Source: Bacteroidales bacterium (lineage in GTDB: Bacteria > Bacteroidota > Bacteroidia > Bacteroidales > Marinilabiliaceae). Taken from it: a stretch of 64,000 nt of DNA. Position 1 is the stretch's first letter. Every line of letters begins with the position of its first letter. A program made the translations under genes and the position numbers. Shown here piece by piece: positions 10,695 to 19,881 of this stretch. The DNA is taken from contig JALEMI010000072.1 of assembly GCA_022768325.1 (NCBI GenBank), positions 2,318 through 66,317 of the forward strand. The letters run 5' to 3'. Below the pieces are notes generated by a model that did not search any database, was not told the DNA's origin, and was given only the letters and a program-made list of their open reading frames with translations.

Positions 10695-12758
10695 TTGGAT
10701 ATTGAGCTGGATAACAAAGACTTTCAAAACGTCTGGCGGCTCGTTACCGAGTCGTCCACTTCCGTGTTCATGACGGGAAGGGCCGGGACGGGCAAGTCCA
10801 CTTTCCTCCGCTATATTGTCCAAAATATCAAGAAAAAGACCGTCGTCCTCGCCCCAACAGGCATTGCCGCTGTAAATGCCGGCGGCGTCACTCTCCACTC
10901 TTTTTTCAAGATTCCCCTCCAGCCCTTCGCCCTCGACGATGTCAACTACTCCACCGCCGCCAGGGTCAAGGAGATGCAGAAATACGATTCCGATAAGCTG
11001 CGCCTTCTCCGCGAGGTGGAGCTAATCGTGATTGACGAGATTTCCATGGTTCGCGCCGATGTCCTCGATTTCGTCGACCGAATCCTCTGCATATACAACC
11101 CCAAGAAGAGAGAGCCCTTCGGCGGTAAGCAACTTCTCGTCGTGGGCGACGCTTTCCAGCTCGAGCCCGTCGTTACGGGGCAGGAGTGGGACATTCTCCG
11201 ACGGTTCTATACCACGCCCTATTTCTTCGGAGCCGCCGTCTTCAATTACGTCAACCTCGTTCAGGTTGAGTTGCAAAAGGTTTATAGGCAAAAGGAGGCC
11301 GATTTCCTCTCGCTGCTCGACCGCATCCGTGTAGGGCAGGCGGGGCAAGAAGACATCGACCTCATCAATTCGCGCGTCGATAAGGCTTTCAATCCCGATG
11401 GCGATGAGATATACATGACCCTCACCTCCACTCGCGCCGCGACCGACGACCTCAATACCCGCCGCCTCGAAGAGCTCGATTCCGAGCCTGAGGTCTTCGA
11501 GGGCAAGGTTGTGGGCGATTTCCCCGAGTCGTCAATGCCTACCAACCGAAGCCTGACGCTCAAGGCCGGTGCGCAGGTGGTCTTCGTCCGAAATGACAAT
11601 GAAGGCCGATGGTTCAACGGCACAGTCGGGCGCATTGAGCGTTTCGCCGACGACGGGGTGTGGGTTCGTGTCGAACGCGACGAGACAAAGAACCCGACGC
11701 CCGACGATGGCGAGGAGACCCCTCCCGACGACCTCTTTTTCGTTGAGCCAATGATGTGGGAGAACGTCAAGTATCGCTACGACGAGAAGAAGCACAAGGT
11801 CGTAACCGAGCTTCTCGGAACGTTTACGCAAATCCCCCTCAAACTCGCATGGGCAATCACCATCCACAAGAGCCAGGGCCTCACGTTCGACCGCGTCATC
11901 ATAGACCTCGGCCGTGGGGCTTTCGCATGCGGACAGCTCTACGTCGCGCTGAGCCGATGCCGGACGCTTGCGGGTATTGTGTTGCGCTCGCCCGTCACGC
12001 AGTCCGATGTCAAGACGAGCCTCTCGGTTCGCAATTTCTCCTACGGGGCTAATAACGAGGCTCTTATAAATTCTCAACTCGAAAGTGCCAAGGCGGGAAA
12101 TCTTGCCCGACAGGCCTCCGACGATTTCCGCAATCGCCGTTTCCGCCAAGCCGTCGACAATGCCTTTGAGGCTTTCGCGCTAAGCCCCGATTCGTTGCGC
12201 AATCCAGCTCTCCGCCGATATGTGGCCTCGCGTCTCGCCATTGTCGACCGCCTCAATCAGCAAATTGAGGACCTCCTCGCCAAGCAACGGCAGATGAAGG
12301 AGAAGAATTTCGAGTTTGCCTACGAGTATTACCTCCTCGCCGCCGAGTGTATGCATAAGTACGACGACGCCCGTGCCGCGCGTGCCAATCTCAATAAGGC
12401 CATAGCCCTCGCGCCCGATTATCCCGAGGCGCGTCTCCTCCGCGCCCGCATATCCTACGACTCCGCCGACTACGACGAGGCTCTCGACGACCTCAACGTC
12501 GCCCTCCGTCCCAATGCCCTCCGCAAGAAGAACAGGCTCGCCGAGGCTCTCTTGCTCCGTGCGCGCGTCTTCTCCGCCAAGAGGCTCTGGGAGAAGGCCA
12601 TAGCCGACGCCATGTCCGCCCTCCAACTATCCAAAGACAGGGCCACGCTCCTCTTCCTCGCCGATGTCCACCGACGGGCGGGCGACAACGATAAGGCCGA
12701 GCGTTTCTCCGCCCTCGCCGACGACTTACTCAACAACGATGACGATGACGACGATTAA
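10695..12758 (+). CDS. PIF1/RecD-family (SF1B) DNA helicase with TPR-like C-terminal extension and poly-Asp tail
   Basis: Walker A is GRAGTGKST and Walker B is IVIDEISMV. The C-terminal helicase motif is ITIHKSQGLTFD. The tail is helical-repeat and ends NNDDDDDD. The start is TTG. Confidence 0.8.
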   Translation: MDIELDNKDFQNVWRLVTESSTSVFMTGRAGTGKSTFLRYIVQNIKKKTVVLAPTGIAAVNAGGVTLHSFFKIPLQPFALDDVNYSTAARVKEMQKYDSDKLRLLREVELIVIDEISMVRADVLDFVDRILCIYNPKKREPFGGKQLLVVGDAFQLEPVVTGQEWDILRRFYTTPYFFGAAVFNYVNLVQVELQKVYRQKEADFLSLLDRIRVGQAGQEDIDLINSRVDKAFNPDGDEIYMTLTSTRAATDDLNTRRLEELDSEPEVFEGKVVGDFPESSMPTNRSLTLKAGAQVVFVRNDNEGRWFNGTVGRIERFADDGVWVRVERDETKNPTPDDGEETPPDDLFFVEPMMWENVKYRYDEKKHKVVTELLGTFTQIPLKLAWAITIHKSQGLTFDRVIIDLGRGAFACGQLYVALSRCRTLAGIVLRSPVTQSDVKTSLSVRNFSYGANNEALINSQLESAKAGNLARQASDDFRNRRFRQAVDNAFEAFALSPDSLRNPALRRYVASRLAIVDRLNQQIEDLLAKQRQMKEKNFEFAYEYYLLAAECMHKYDDARAARANLNKAIALAPDYPEARLLRARISYDSADYDEALDDLNVALRPNALRKKNRLAEALLLRARVFSAKRLWEKAIADAMSALQLSKDRATLLFLADVHRRAGDNDKAERFSALADDLLNNDDDDDD

Positions 12759-14829
12759 TAAGTTACTTGCCCTGACGATTCTCTCCCTCGTCGCGCTTTT
12801 CTCCGCATCCCAAACGACCCATGCGCAGGTGAACACCAACCGAATGATGCAAGTGGGCCGAAACGCCCTCTATTTCGAGGATTACGTCCTCTCCATCCAA
12901 TACTTCAACCGCGTCATAATCGTCAAGCCCTACCTCGCCGACCCCTACTATTACCGCGCCATCGCCAAGTTCTACCTCGACGACCTCACGGGATGCGAGG
13001 CCGATTGCAATGTCGCCATTGACATAAACCCCTTCCTCATTGGCGCATACAATCTCCGAGGCATAACACACCTACGCCAAGACAAGCCCGCCGCGGCAAG
13101 GGACGATTTCGAGAAAGGGCTATCCTACGAGCCGGAGAATGTCAATATGCTTCTCAATCTCGGAATCGCCAATATCAATCTCGAAGAGTACGACAAGGCG
13201 ATTCAGCAATACGATAAACTCCTCACCATCGACAAGCGCAATGTCCCCGCAATCCTCTACCGCGGAATTGCCTACGTCGAGAAGGGCGACACCATCACCG
13301 CGCTCGCCGAGTTCGAGAGGGCCACAAAGATTAACGCCTATTCCCCCGAGGCGTTCACGTATCTCGGCATGATTCGCTATCAGAAGGGCGATTTCCAGGC
13401 TGCCCTGAAGTGCTACGACCGCCTCGCCGAGATTCGCCCCAAGGACCCCTTTGTCTACGTAAACCGAGCCATCACAAAGTACAACCTCGACGATTTGCGC
13501 GGATGCATGGCGGACCTCGACGAGGCCATACGTCTCGACCCAAAGAATAAGCTCGCGTTCCAAAACCGTGGCCTTCTCCGTGCCGAGGCGGGCGACCTCA
13601 ATCAGGCGGCCGAAGACTTCTCCCGAGCCCTCGCCATCGACCCGTCCGACGACATAACGCTCTTCAACCGCGCCATTGTCTACGGTCAGCTCGGTATGCC
13701 ATCCCGCGCTCTCCAAGACCTGAACATCATCATTGCAAAACACCCCGACTTCGGCACAGCCTACGCCCAACGAGCCATTGCCAAGAGGCAGCTCGGCGAC
13801 AATAAGGGGGCCGAGGAGGACTATTATACCGCCGTGACGTTCGAGCAGGAGAAGAGCAAAAGGCAGCCCTCCGCCCAACAGACATCCGATGCCGACAAGG
13901 CCGACAAGCCCAAGCGCGAGAAGAAGAGCTCGCGCGGAAAGAACGACGACGACATGAAAAAGTACGACCAGATGGTCGTAGTGGCCGACTTCGGCGACAC
14001 CGACGACAAGCTGCGCCAGGAGAATAAGGAGACAATCCGAGGCCGTGTGCAAGACCGCGACATCGCCATTGACCTGGAGCCGGCTTTCAGCCTCTCGTTC
14101 TTCAACGCCGATACGCTCCTCCCCAATGCGCCATATTACAGCCCCTCGGTCGTCAAGTTCAATGCCGCGGGCATATCCGATCTTAAGATGGTCGTGACCA
14201 ACCGCGACGTGGCGGCCGACGATGTCTCAGCACGCGTGTTCACCATGATTGCGGGCGTCAACCAACGCCTGGAGGCCGACCCTTGGGACGCTTCGCTCTA
14301 CATCCTCAGGGGCACTCTCTACTCCGTCGTCATGAACTACAACAGCGCGATAACAGACCTCTCGGCCGCAATTCTCAAAGACCCCGGCAACGTCGTCGCC
14401 CTTTTCAACCGCGCCGCCACACGCTACAAGATGGTCGAGACGATACGCGACATGGACTACGAGGCGGCAGCCCCTTTCGATGGCGCCCTCGATGCCGCGC
14501 GAAACATCCGCCAAGAGGTCACCTTCCTCGACTACGACCTCGTCATGCAAGACCTCCAAAAGGTAGCAGAGCTTGAGCCGGAGAACGAGTTCGCCTATTT
14601 CAACATGAGCCTCGTCTTCTGCCAACGCAAGGAGTTTGAGCAAGCCCTCCAGCAGCTCGACAAGGCCATCGGGATATACGACCAATTCGCCGAAGCCTAT
14701 TTCAACCGCGGAATCATAAAGCTATACCTCGGCAAGGAGGAAGAGGGCGTGGCCGACCTCAGCCGCGCCGGCGAGCTCGGTATGTTCAAGGCCTACAACG
14801 TCATCAAACGCTTCCGAGCCAAATCATGA
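12739..14829 (+). CDS. TPR-repeat protein (exported)
   Basis: I start it at the ATG at 12739 (MTMTTINKLLALTILSLVALFSASQTTHAQ). There are many 34-aa TPR units (..Y.NRG......G....A..DF..A...). The start overlaps the helicase 3' end by 20 nt. Confidence 0.8.
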   Translation: MTMTTINKLLALTILSLVALFSASQTTHAQVNTNRMMQVGRNALYFEDYVLSIQYFNRVIIVKPYLADPYYYRAIAKFYLDDLTGCEADCNVAIDINPFLIGAYNLRGITHLRQDKPAAARDDFEKGLSYEPENVNMLLNLGIANINLEEYDKAIQQYDKLLTIDKRNVPAILYRGIAYVEKGDTITALAEFERATKINAYSPEAFTYLGMIRYQKGDFQAALKCYDRLAEIRPKDPFVYVNRAITKYNLDDLRGCMADLDEAIRLDPKNKLAFQNRGLLRAEAGDLNQAAEDFSRALAIDPSDDITLFNRAIVYGQLGMPSRALQDLNIIIAKHPDFGTAYAQRAIAKRQLGDNKGAEEDYYTAVTFEQEKSKRQPSAQQTSDADKADKPKREKKSSRGKNDDDMKKYDQMVVVADFGDTDDKLRQENKETIRGRVQDRDIAIDLEPAFSLSFFNADTLLPNAPYYSPSVVKFNAAGISDLKMVVTNRDVAADDVSARVFTMIAGVNQRLEADPWDASLYILRGTLYSVVMNYNSAITDLSAAILKDPGNVVALFNRAATRYKMVETIRDMDYEAAAPFDGALDAARNIRQEVTFLDYDLVMQDLQKVAELEPENEFAYFNMSLVFCQRKEFEQALQQLDKAIGIYDQFAEAYFNRGIIKLYLGKEEEGVADLSRAGELGMFKAYNVIKRFRAKS

Positions 14830-14837
14830 CGCTCAGA

Positions 14838-14869
14838 TTTGCGCCTTTAAAGATAAAATGCTAACTTTG
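14838..14869 (+). promoter_or_regulatory. Bacteroidetes sigma-A promoter for rpmH
   Basis: TTTG (14838-14841), a 20-nt spacer, then TAACTTTG (14862-14869). This matches the TTTG / TAnnTTTG consensus and lies 39 nt upstream of the rpmH ATG. Confidence 0.65.
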
Positions 14870-14907
14870 CGTCCGATTTGAATTCAATCTTTTAAAGTAA
14901 TCGTACG

Positions 14908-15069
14908 ATGAAAAGGACATTCCAGCCTTCGAACCGTAAGCGCATCAACAAGCATGGCTTCCGTCAAAGGATGTCTACAAAGAATGGTCGCAGGGTTCTG
15001 GCCGCTCGCCGTGCCAAGGGTCGCAAGAAACTCACCGTTTCCGACGAGGCAAAAGGCAAGGCTTACTAA
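14908..15069 (+). CDS. rpmH: 50S ribosomal protein L34
   Basis: This 53-aa ORF is not in the supplied track. Hand translation gives [53 protein letters not shown], the canonical L34 sequence. Confidence 0.95.
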   Translation: MKRTFQPSNRKRINKHGFRQRMSTKNGRRVLAARRAKGRKKLTVSDEAKGKAY

Positions 15070-15084
15070 GGCACAGCCACTTAA

Positions 15085-15116
15085 AGCTCCGAAGAGATTC
15101 GGGGCTTTTATTTTTT
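15085..15116 (+). terminator. Rho-independent terminator after rpmH
   Basis: The stem AGCTCCGAA / TTCGGGGCT has a GAGA loop and is followed by TTTATTTTTT. Confidence 0.75.
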
Positions 15117-15248
15117 CCCGTCCGTGGTGCGCTTTCTCCAAAAGGGTAGGGGGAGCTCTCGCCCCCCTCGTTACGTAAAACGCCTTTCAAAACCCTTTCG
15201 AATGCCTTTCAAAAACCGCTTAAAACTCGTGCTCTCATTTCTCTCCAT

Positions 15249-16988
15249 TTACTTAACCACAACAACCTCCTCCGTCGCGGTGATGCTCTTAGGTGTGCCA
15301 GTGTCATCTCGCGAGAGGACGAGGTATGAAACCTCCGCCATAGGCTTGCCGTCGCTGTCGGGGCAGAAAACGGCCTTGTCGACAGTCAAGAAGCTGTCAT
15401 GTCCCGACGAGTAAAGCGTCTGATTAGGCGACTTCACGATGACAACGCCGCACGGGAACTCGTACCCGGGGCTCGGCCGCTTAATGTTAGTGACCTCGAT
15501 AGCCAACGACAAGTTGCTGAATACCAAAAACTCGCGCCATACGCCGTCCTTTTCCCGAAAACGGCGAAGTGCCACAACGTCGCCATCTCCCACCGACAGC
15601 AAGTCCGTGGTGTCGCCAAGCCACGTCTCGTACGACGCAAATCGCGGGAGCCTGTACCACGAGGTGATGTGCGATGTCCTGAAGTCAGTCCCGTTCTCCG
15701 CCGCCTCCGTCTGGCATTGCACGTATATGTAATCCCTCGATATCATCCATACGAGAGGCATGGGCGTGAAGTCGTCGTCGGCTGTCGTTGTCGCGTAGTC
15801 CTCATTGCCAACGTAATTGGACTTGACTACCGATTTGTCTATCACTAAGCTCTGGAAACTCAACACTTTGCCGTTGGACCCGACGTATTTGTCAAAGGCA
15901 ATGCGCGCCGGGCGGAACGTTTCTGTCGTTATGCCCGTTAGGAGGCTACCGTCTTCGTCATAGAGTTTGAGACTGTAGTAGGCCGCCTTTTGTGAAGTGA
16001 TATTCTTCCCTTCCACGAGTGTGCGGAATACGTCTGCTCTCTCGGCGTAGGCCACCATCTGGCCGTTGTCGTCAAAAAAGGTCATGACGTATATCGATTC
16101 GCGATGTTTGGATCCGTTTTTGGGGAAATAGCGGGTGAAAAGGTAGCCGTCGGCAAAGGCCTCGATGTGGCAGAACTCGCCACGGTTCGTCCGCCATAGG
16201 CGAGTCTTGGGCAGCTCGATGTCTACGCTGCGACCCATCAGTCTGTCGTTTACGCTGCGGAGGGCGTCAGTACGTGTGTTGACGGCTATGTTGCTACATA
16301 CCCCGCTGACCAAGTTGATGATGTCCATTATGGTCACTCTCTTCGCCGTAGGGCCTGTTGTGCGAGCCTCGAGGTTCTTGCACTCTTTCTCCAAAAATGG
16401 GTTCACCTCGTAGAACGCCCCACGCGGATATAGCCTCCCGAGTGTCTCTTTCAGCCCCTCGATAGTCGTCGAGTACAGGTCGGTTTTGTTCTCCTTGTCG
16501 CCGTCCTTGCTGCTAAAGGGCGACAAGAATGGTTCGCCATATTCGTCTGGCAGACCCGTTTCCTTGTTTGCTTTTTCTGCGGCTCGGTAGTATACCAAAA
16601 ACACCAGTGCCGGGTCGAGTTGAGACAGCATCTCCACGTTATTGGCGTCTGGCTTCGTCAGTTTTCCGGGCATCTCGTCAACGCCCAGCAGGTAACGCAT
16701 TATGCTTATGAAAAATTCATGGTCCTTTGTGCCGCGCATCCTCCCTCCAAATGGGTTGCGCTTTGGGGTCAACGTTTTCTTTAGTTCCGTGCCGCTTGCA
16801 AATGCCGAATAAGATTCGAGAAACTCGTCGATGTCGACATAGGGGTACAACGCCTCACATTTTTTGCGAATGTGCGACAGGATGTCGCTGTCGTTCAAGA
16901 AGTGATTATACTTGTTATCCCATTCCGTCTTGGTGCGCGTGAAGAGCCTGTGCTCTTTGATGCACTGAACTTTTTCTGAATCTGTCAT
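15249..16988 (-). CDS. Hypothetical cytoplasmic protein, about 579 aa, no recognisable domain
   Basis: I start the long ORF at the ATG at 16988 (MTDSEKVQCIKEH...). It has no signal peptide or TM segment, and no Walker, nuclease or HTH motif that I can identify. The composition looks like a genuine protein, and the opposite-strand ORFs look like shadows. Confidence 0.7.
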   Translation of the reverse strand: MTDSEKVQCIKEHRLFTRTKTEWDNKYNHFLNDSDILSHIRKKCEALYPYVDIDEFLESYSAFASGTELKKTLTPKRNPFGGRMRGTKDHEFFISIMRYLLGVDEMPGKLTKPDANNVEMLSQLDPALVFLVYYRAAEKANKETGLPDEYGEPFLSPFSSKDGDKENKTDLYSTTIEGLKETLGRLYPRGAFYEVNPFLEKECKNLEARTTGPTAKRVTIMDIINLVSGVCSNIAVNTRTDALRSVNDRLMGRSVDIELPKTRLWRTNRGEFCHIEAFADGYLFTRYFPKNGSKHRESIYVMTFFDDNGQMVAYAERADVFRTLVEGKNITSQKAAYYSLKLYDEDGSLLTGITTETFRPARIAFDKYVGSNGKVLSFQSLVIDKSVVKSNYVGNEDYATTTADDDFTPMPLVWMISRDYIYVQCQTEAAENGTDFRTSHITSWYRLPRFASYETWLGDTTDLLSVGDGDVVALRRFREKDGVWREFLVFSNLSLAIEVTNIKRPSPGYEFPCGVVIVKSPNQTLYSSGHDSFLTVDKAVFCPDSDGKPMAEVSYLVLSRDDTGTPKSITATEEVVVVK

Positions 16989-17196
16989 GCTAATATGTTT
17001 TTGGGCGACTAAAAGTAATGTAAAATGTGCTACATACGCAATAGCTCTTCCTCTCAGCGGAAAAACTGCGCTCGCCAATGCTTTACCGATGCCGACCCTT
17101 GCAGGAAGTGAAAAAAGGAGGCGTCCCCCCTGAAAAAATTAGACAGGCGGTTTTCCTTTTTAGATATTCGTTCTCGCAAAATCAAGGGAGAACACT

Positions 17197-17658
17197 ATGC
17201 CTAACGCAGTAAGAACAAACGACCTGACGCCAGAAGTAATCGGGAAACTGACCGAGATTGTAAAGTGCTTGCGACAAAACGGAGTGATAAGCGCCAACTT
17301 GGCCGAAGAGATTGGACAGGCTGGTGTCCAACGCCTCGAAAAGTTGAGAGACTTGCTAATCCAAGGCCTCGACGGAATCGAAAAGGCCGATGTCACGATG
17401 GTCTCAAATGTCGACACCCTCCACGTCGCGGCACTAATAAGGTATGCTAAGGAGATTCTGCTGCCCGATGCCGACAGCCTCAGTCTGTCGCTCTGCGAGA
17501 AAATAGCGTCGGGACGCTCGACCCTCTTCCTGGCGAACGTGAAGAAGTTCGTACCCCTCAGCCCGGAGGAGAACAAATACCTGATAATCGAAAGCAACAT
17601 GCTCGGCTCCGATGTCCGCAACATTTTCGTTGGCAGCCTGTTGCTTCTTATAAAATAG
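17197..17658 (+). CDS. Hypothetical 153-aa helical protein
   Basis: It is divergent from the 579-aa gene. Its sequence is plausible for an alpha-helical protein (…EVIGKLTEIVKCLRQNGVISANLAEEIGQAGVQRLEKLRDLL…). The antisense ORFs 17160..17708 and 17434..17712 are S/R-rich shadows. Confidence 0.55.
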   Translation: MPNAVRTNDLTPEVIGKLTEIVKCLRQNGVISANLAEEIGQAGVQRLEKLRDLLIQGLDGIEKADVTMVSNVDTLHVAALIRYAKEILLPDADSLSLSLCEKIASGRSTLFLANVKKFVPLSPEENKYLIIESNMLGSDVRNIFVGSLLLLIK

Positions 17659-18173
17659 GGCGCACGAGGCTTTGACTGTCCTCCGCTTGGCGCACTTCCG
17701 AAAAACAAGCATCCCGCCAGAGGGCTACTCTGACGGGATGTCTGCTTATAAGGGGCCGCACCTTATTGGATGTTTAAACTCCTAAAAATAGGATTTGGGT
17801 GCCTCGCTACTCAGTAATCTCCCTGTCGCACATTGGCGAAACCACCTTGCGGTGGCGGAGCCCGCCTTCATAACGATTAAGCGTCGCCCAGTAGGATTTT
17901 TAATATGTTGAGTTTAACGATCAAAAATCCGATGCGGCTTTTTCTCTTAGGCTTGTATCACAAATATAGTAACATTTTTTTAACAATGCGGCTTCGCGCC
18001 ATTTTTTTTTCGCCCATTTTCACGGCTCTTTCTTTATCCGTGTCAATATGACGAAGCGGTGTCCCGGCTTCCCCCCCCACTTCCACACGTAAAGAAGCTC
18101 CGCAGGCGGCCAGCATGGCCATATCCAGGTGCGAAATACTATTTGCGCAATCTCTATAAGAAAGGCCCGTGGC

Positions 18174-19256
18174 TTATTCAGCTTTCAACGACGGCCAACC
18201 CTTTGCGTCCCATGCGATTTTGCGCAAGATAAGCTCCGAAAATCCGTCTTCATGACGATAGGCGTGCATGATCATGTAGTCTTGCCCGCGCAGGGTGGCG
18301 ACGGCGCAATGCCCGTAGGCCACATATCGGGCTTTGTCCGCCTCGGGAAGGTCAATGCGTGTGCCACCGCCCAACGCCATGCTCTCGCCCGCCATGTCCT
18401 CATACGGGCCGCGTATGTCGCGGCTACGCCCACAGACGACATGGTACGTGCTGTTCTCGCCGCGGCAGCAGTAGTCGAACGAGACGAAGAGATAGAACCA
18501 GCCGTCGTGCTTGAAGATGAACGGCGCCTCAACAGCCCCCTCGCCAGGCTTCTCGGCGGTGTCCTTAGGGTTGAGTATGGCGGGGCGCGACGAGAGGGTA
18601 TGCCACTCTTGCGGCTCAGCCACGTGGCTCAGGTCGTCGCTCAGCCTCACCATTTTTATGCCGCCCCAGAACGAGCCGAAGTTCATCCATGCCGAGCCGT
18701 CGGCGCAGATGGCAATATTGGGGTCTATGGCGTTCCAATTGTCGCGGTTGGGGACCGACTGGACTATAAGCCCCCTGTCTACCCACTTGTAGGCGGGGCT
18801 TCGGCGGTTGAGGGTCTTATTGGTAAGGTGGCCAATTACGGACTTGTTCGTCGCGAAGACCGACGAGCAGTAGAAGAGGTGCCACTCGCCGCCCGCAAAG
18901 ATGATGTCCGGCGCCCAAAGGTGCATCGTGGCCTCGGGGTTTCGCTCCAAGACCCACTGGGGCAGGCTGTCAAGACATGGGCCGTCAAACTCCCATCTCT
19001 TCATGTCGACCGACATGAGCTGATGTATGCCGTGGCCTGTCGTGAAGGCGTAGACGGTGTCTCCCTCCACGGCCACGACGGGGTCGTGCGCCCACGGGCG
19101 TTCGGGGTCAAATTCTGGTCGCTTCCGCAGTGTGTCGTTGGCTGAGGCAGTGGTCGGTGCTGTGGCCGATGCCTGGGGAGTCTCGTGAGTGCATGATGTA
19201 GCCAATGCGGACAGGGCAATGCCGACGATGGCTATGATTCTTTCGCTACGTATCAT
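18174..19256 (-). CDS. GH43 glycoside hydrolase (endo-arabinanase-like) lipoprotein
   Basis: The lipobox is ALATSC. It carries the GH43 hallmarks WAPDIIF..GEWHLFY and EAPFIFKHDGWFYLFVSFDYCC. Confidence 0.8.
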   Translation of the reverse strand: MIRSERIIAIVGIALSALATSCTHETPQASATAPTTASANDTLRKRPEFDPERPWAHDPVVAVEGDTVYAFTTGHGIHQLMSVDMKRWEFDGPCLDSLPQWVLERNPEATMHLWAPDIIFAGGEWHLFYCSSVFATNKSVIGHLTNKTLNRRSPAYKWVDRGLIVQSVPNRDNWNAIDPNIAICADGSAWMNFGSFWGGIKMVRLSDDLSHVAEPQEWHTLSSRPAILNPKDTAEKPGEGAVEAPFIFKHDGWFYLFVSFDYCCRGENSTYHVVCGRSRDIRGPYEDMAGESMALGGGTRIDLPEADKARYVAYGHCAVATLRGQDYMIMHAYRHEDGFSELILRKIAWDAKGWPSLKAE

Positions 19257-19457
19257 TGTTCTTTGCGTATTCAGAAAGTAGGGTAGGAGGTCATCTCCCC
19301 GTATCGCAGTGAGACCGAGCTTTTTTTAACACACGGAGAGGTGCGATAGGGTTAATATTTCTAAATACGAAGTTGTGGAAAATGCCGCCCTTACTGGTGG
19401 ACTAAATTTCCGTTTAAGTGGACAAAGTGCCTTTTGCCCCACGAATGCGACTTTTGT

Positions 19458-19853
19458 CTACTCTCCAGCTTCTTCTTCGGGCGCGTCTTGCGCATGGTCA
19501 ATCTCTGTCCCGAGCCATTCGTCGGTAAGTCGTCGGCCCGTAACGATGAACCGCACGACGTCTACAATGTTAAAAATTGGTAGTAAAAGGAGTATGTTCC
19601 TCACCAATGCTGTTTGCCATCCGGAGCGTCCTCCGTCCGAAACTCGCGTCACGACGAGCTTATAGAGCCTCTTGCCCATGCCTGCGCCAAACACGTCGCG
19701 CAGCAAAAAATAAGAGACGCCGGCCACGTTCCCAAACATTCCGGGGAAGGTGGCCAGCGTCGCTGTCAGTATAAGGTCCACGGCCAACGCAGCCTCGCGC
19801 TCTACTCGCGGTTTCGTTATAAGCCCGATGGCTATATCGCGTAGGGTGGACAT
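19458..19853 (-). CDS. Small membrane protein, RDD-family-like
   Basis: It has two or three hydrophobic segments and conserved R/D residues (FLLRDVFG). It lies directly downstream of der. The family assignment is tentative. Confidence 0.5.
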   Translation of the reverse strand: MSTLRDIAIGLITKPRVEREAALAVDLILTATLATFPGMFGNVAGVSYFLLRDVFGAGMGKRLYKLVVTRVSDGGRSGWQTALVRNILLLLPIFNIVDVVRFIVTGRRLTDEWLGTEIDHAQDAPEEEAGE

Positions 19854-19881
19854 TGGGTCTCTGTTTTCGTATGGATTTCTC

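Noticed and set aside
17160-17712. Minus-strand ORFs (182 aa and 92 aa) overlapping the 153-aa plus-strand gene
   Set aside because: Their translations are S/R/F-rich and look non-protein-like. The plus-strand product looks like a genuine helical protein. The choice is still only moderately confident.
14830-18173. Possible replication origin, because rpmH often neighbours dnaA/oriC
   Set aside because: No dnaA gene is present. I found only weak partial matches to the DnaA box TTATCCACA (for example TTATCCGTG near 18044) and no cluster of boxes.
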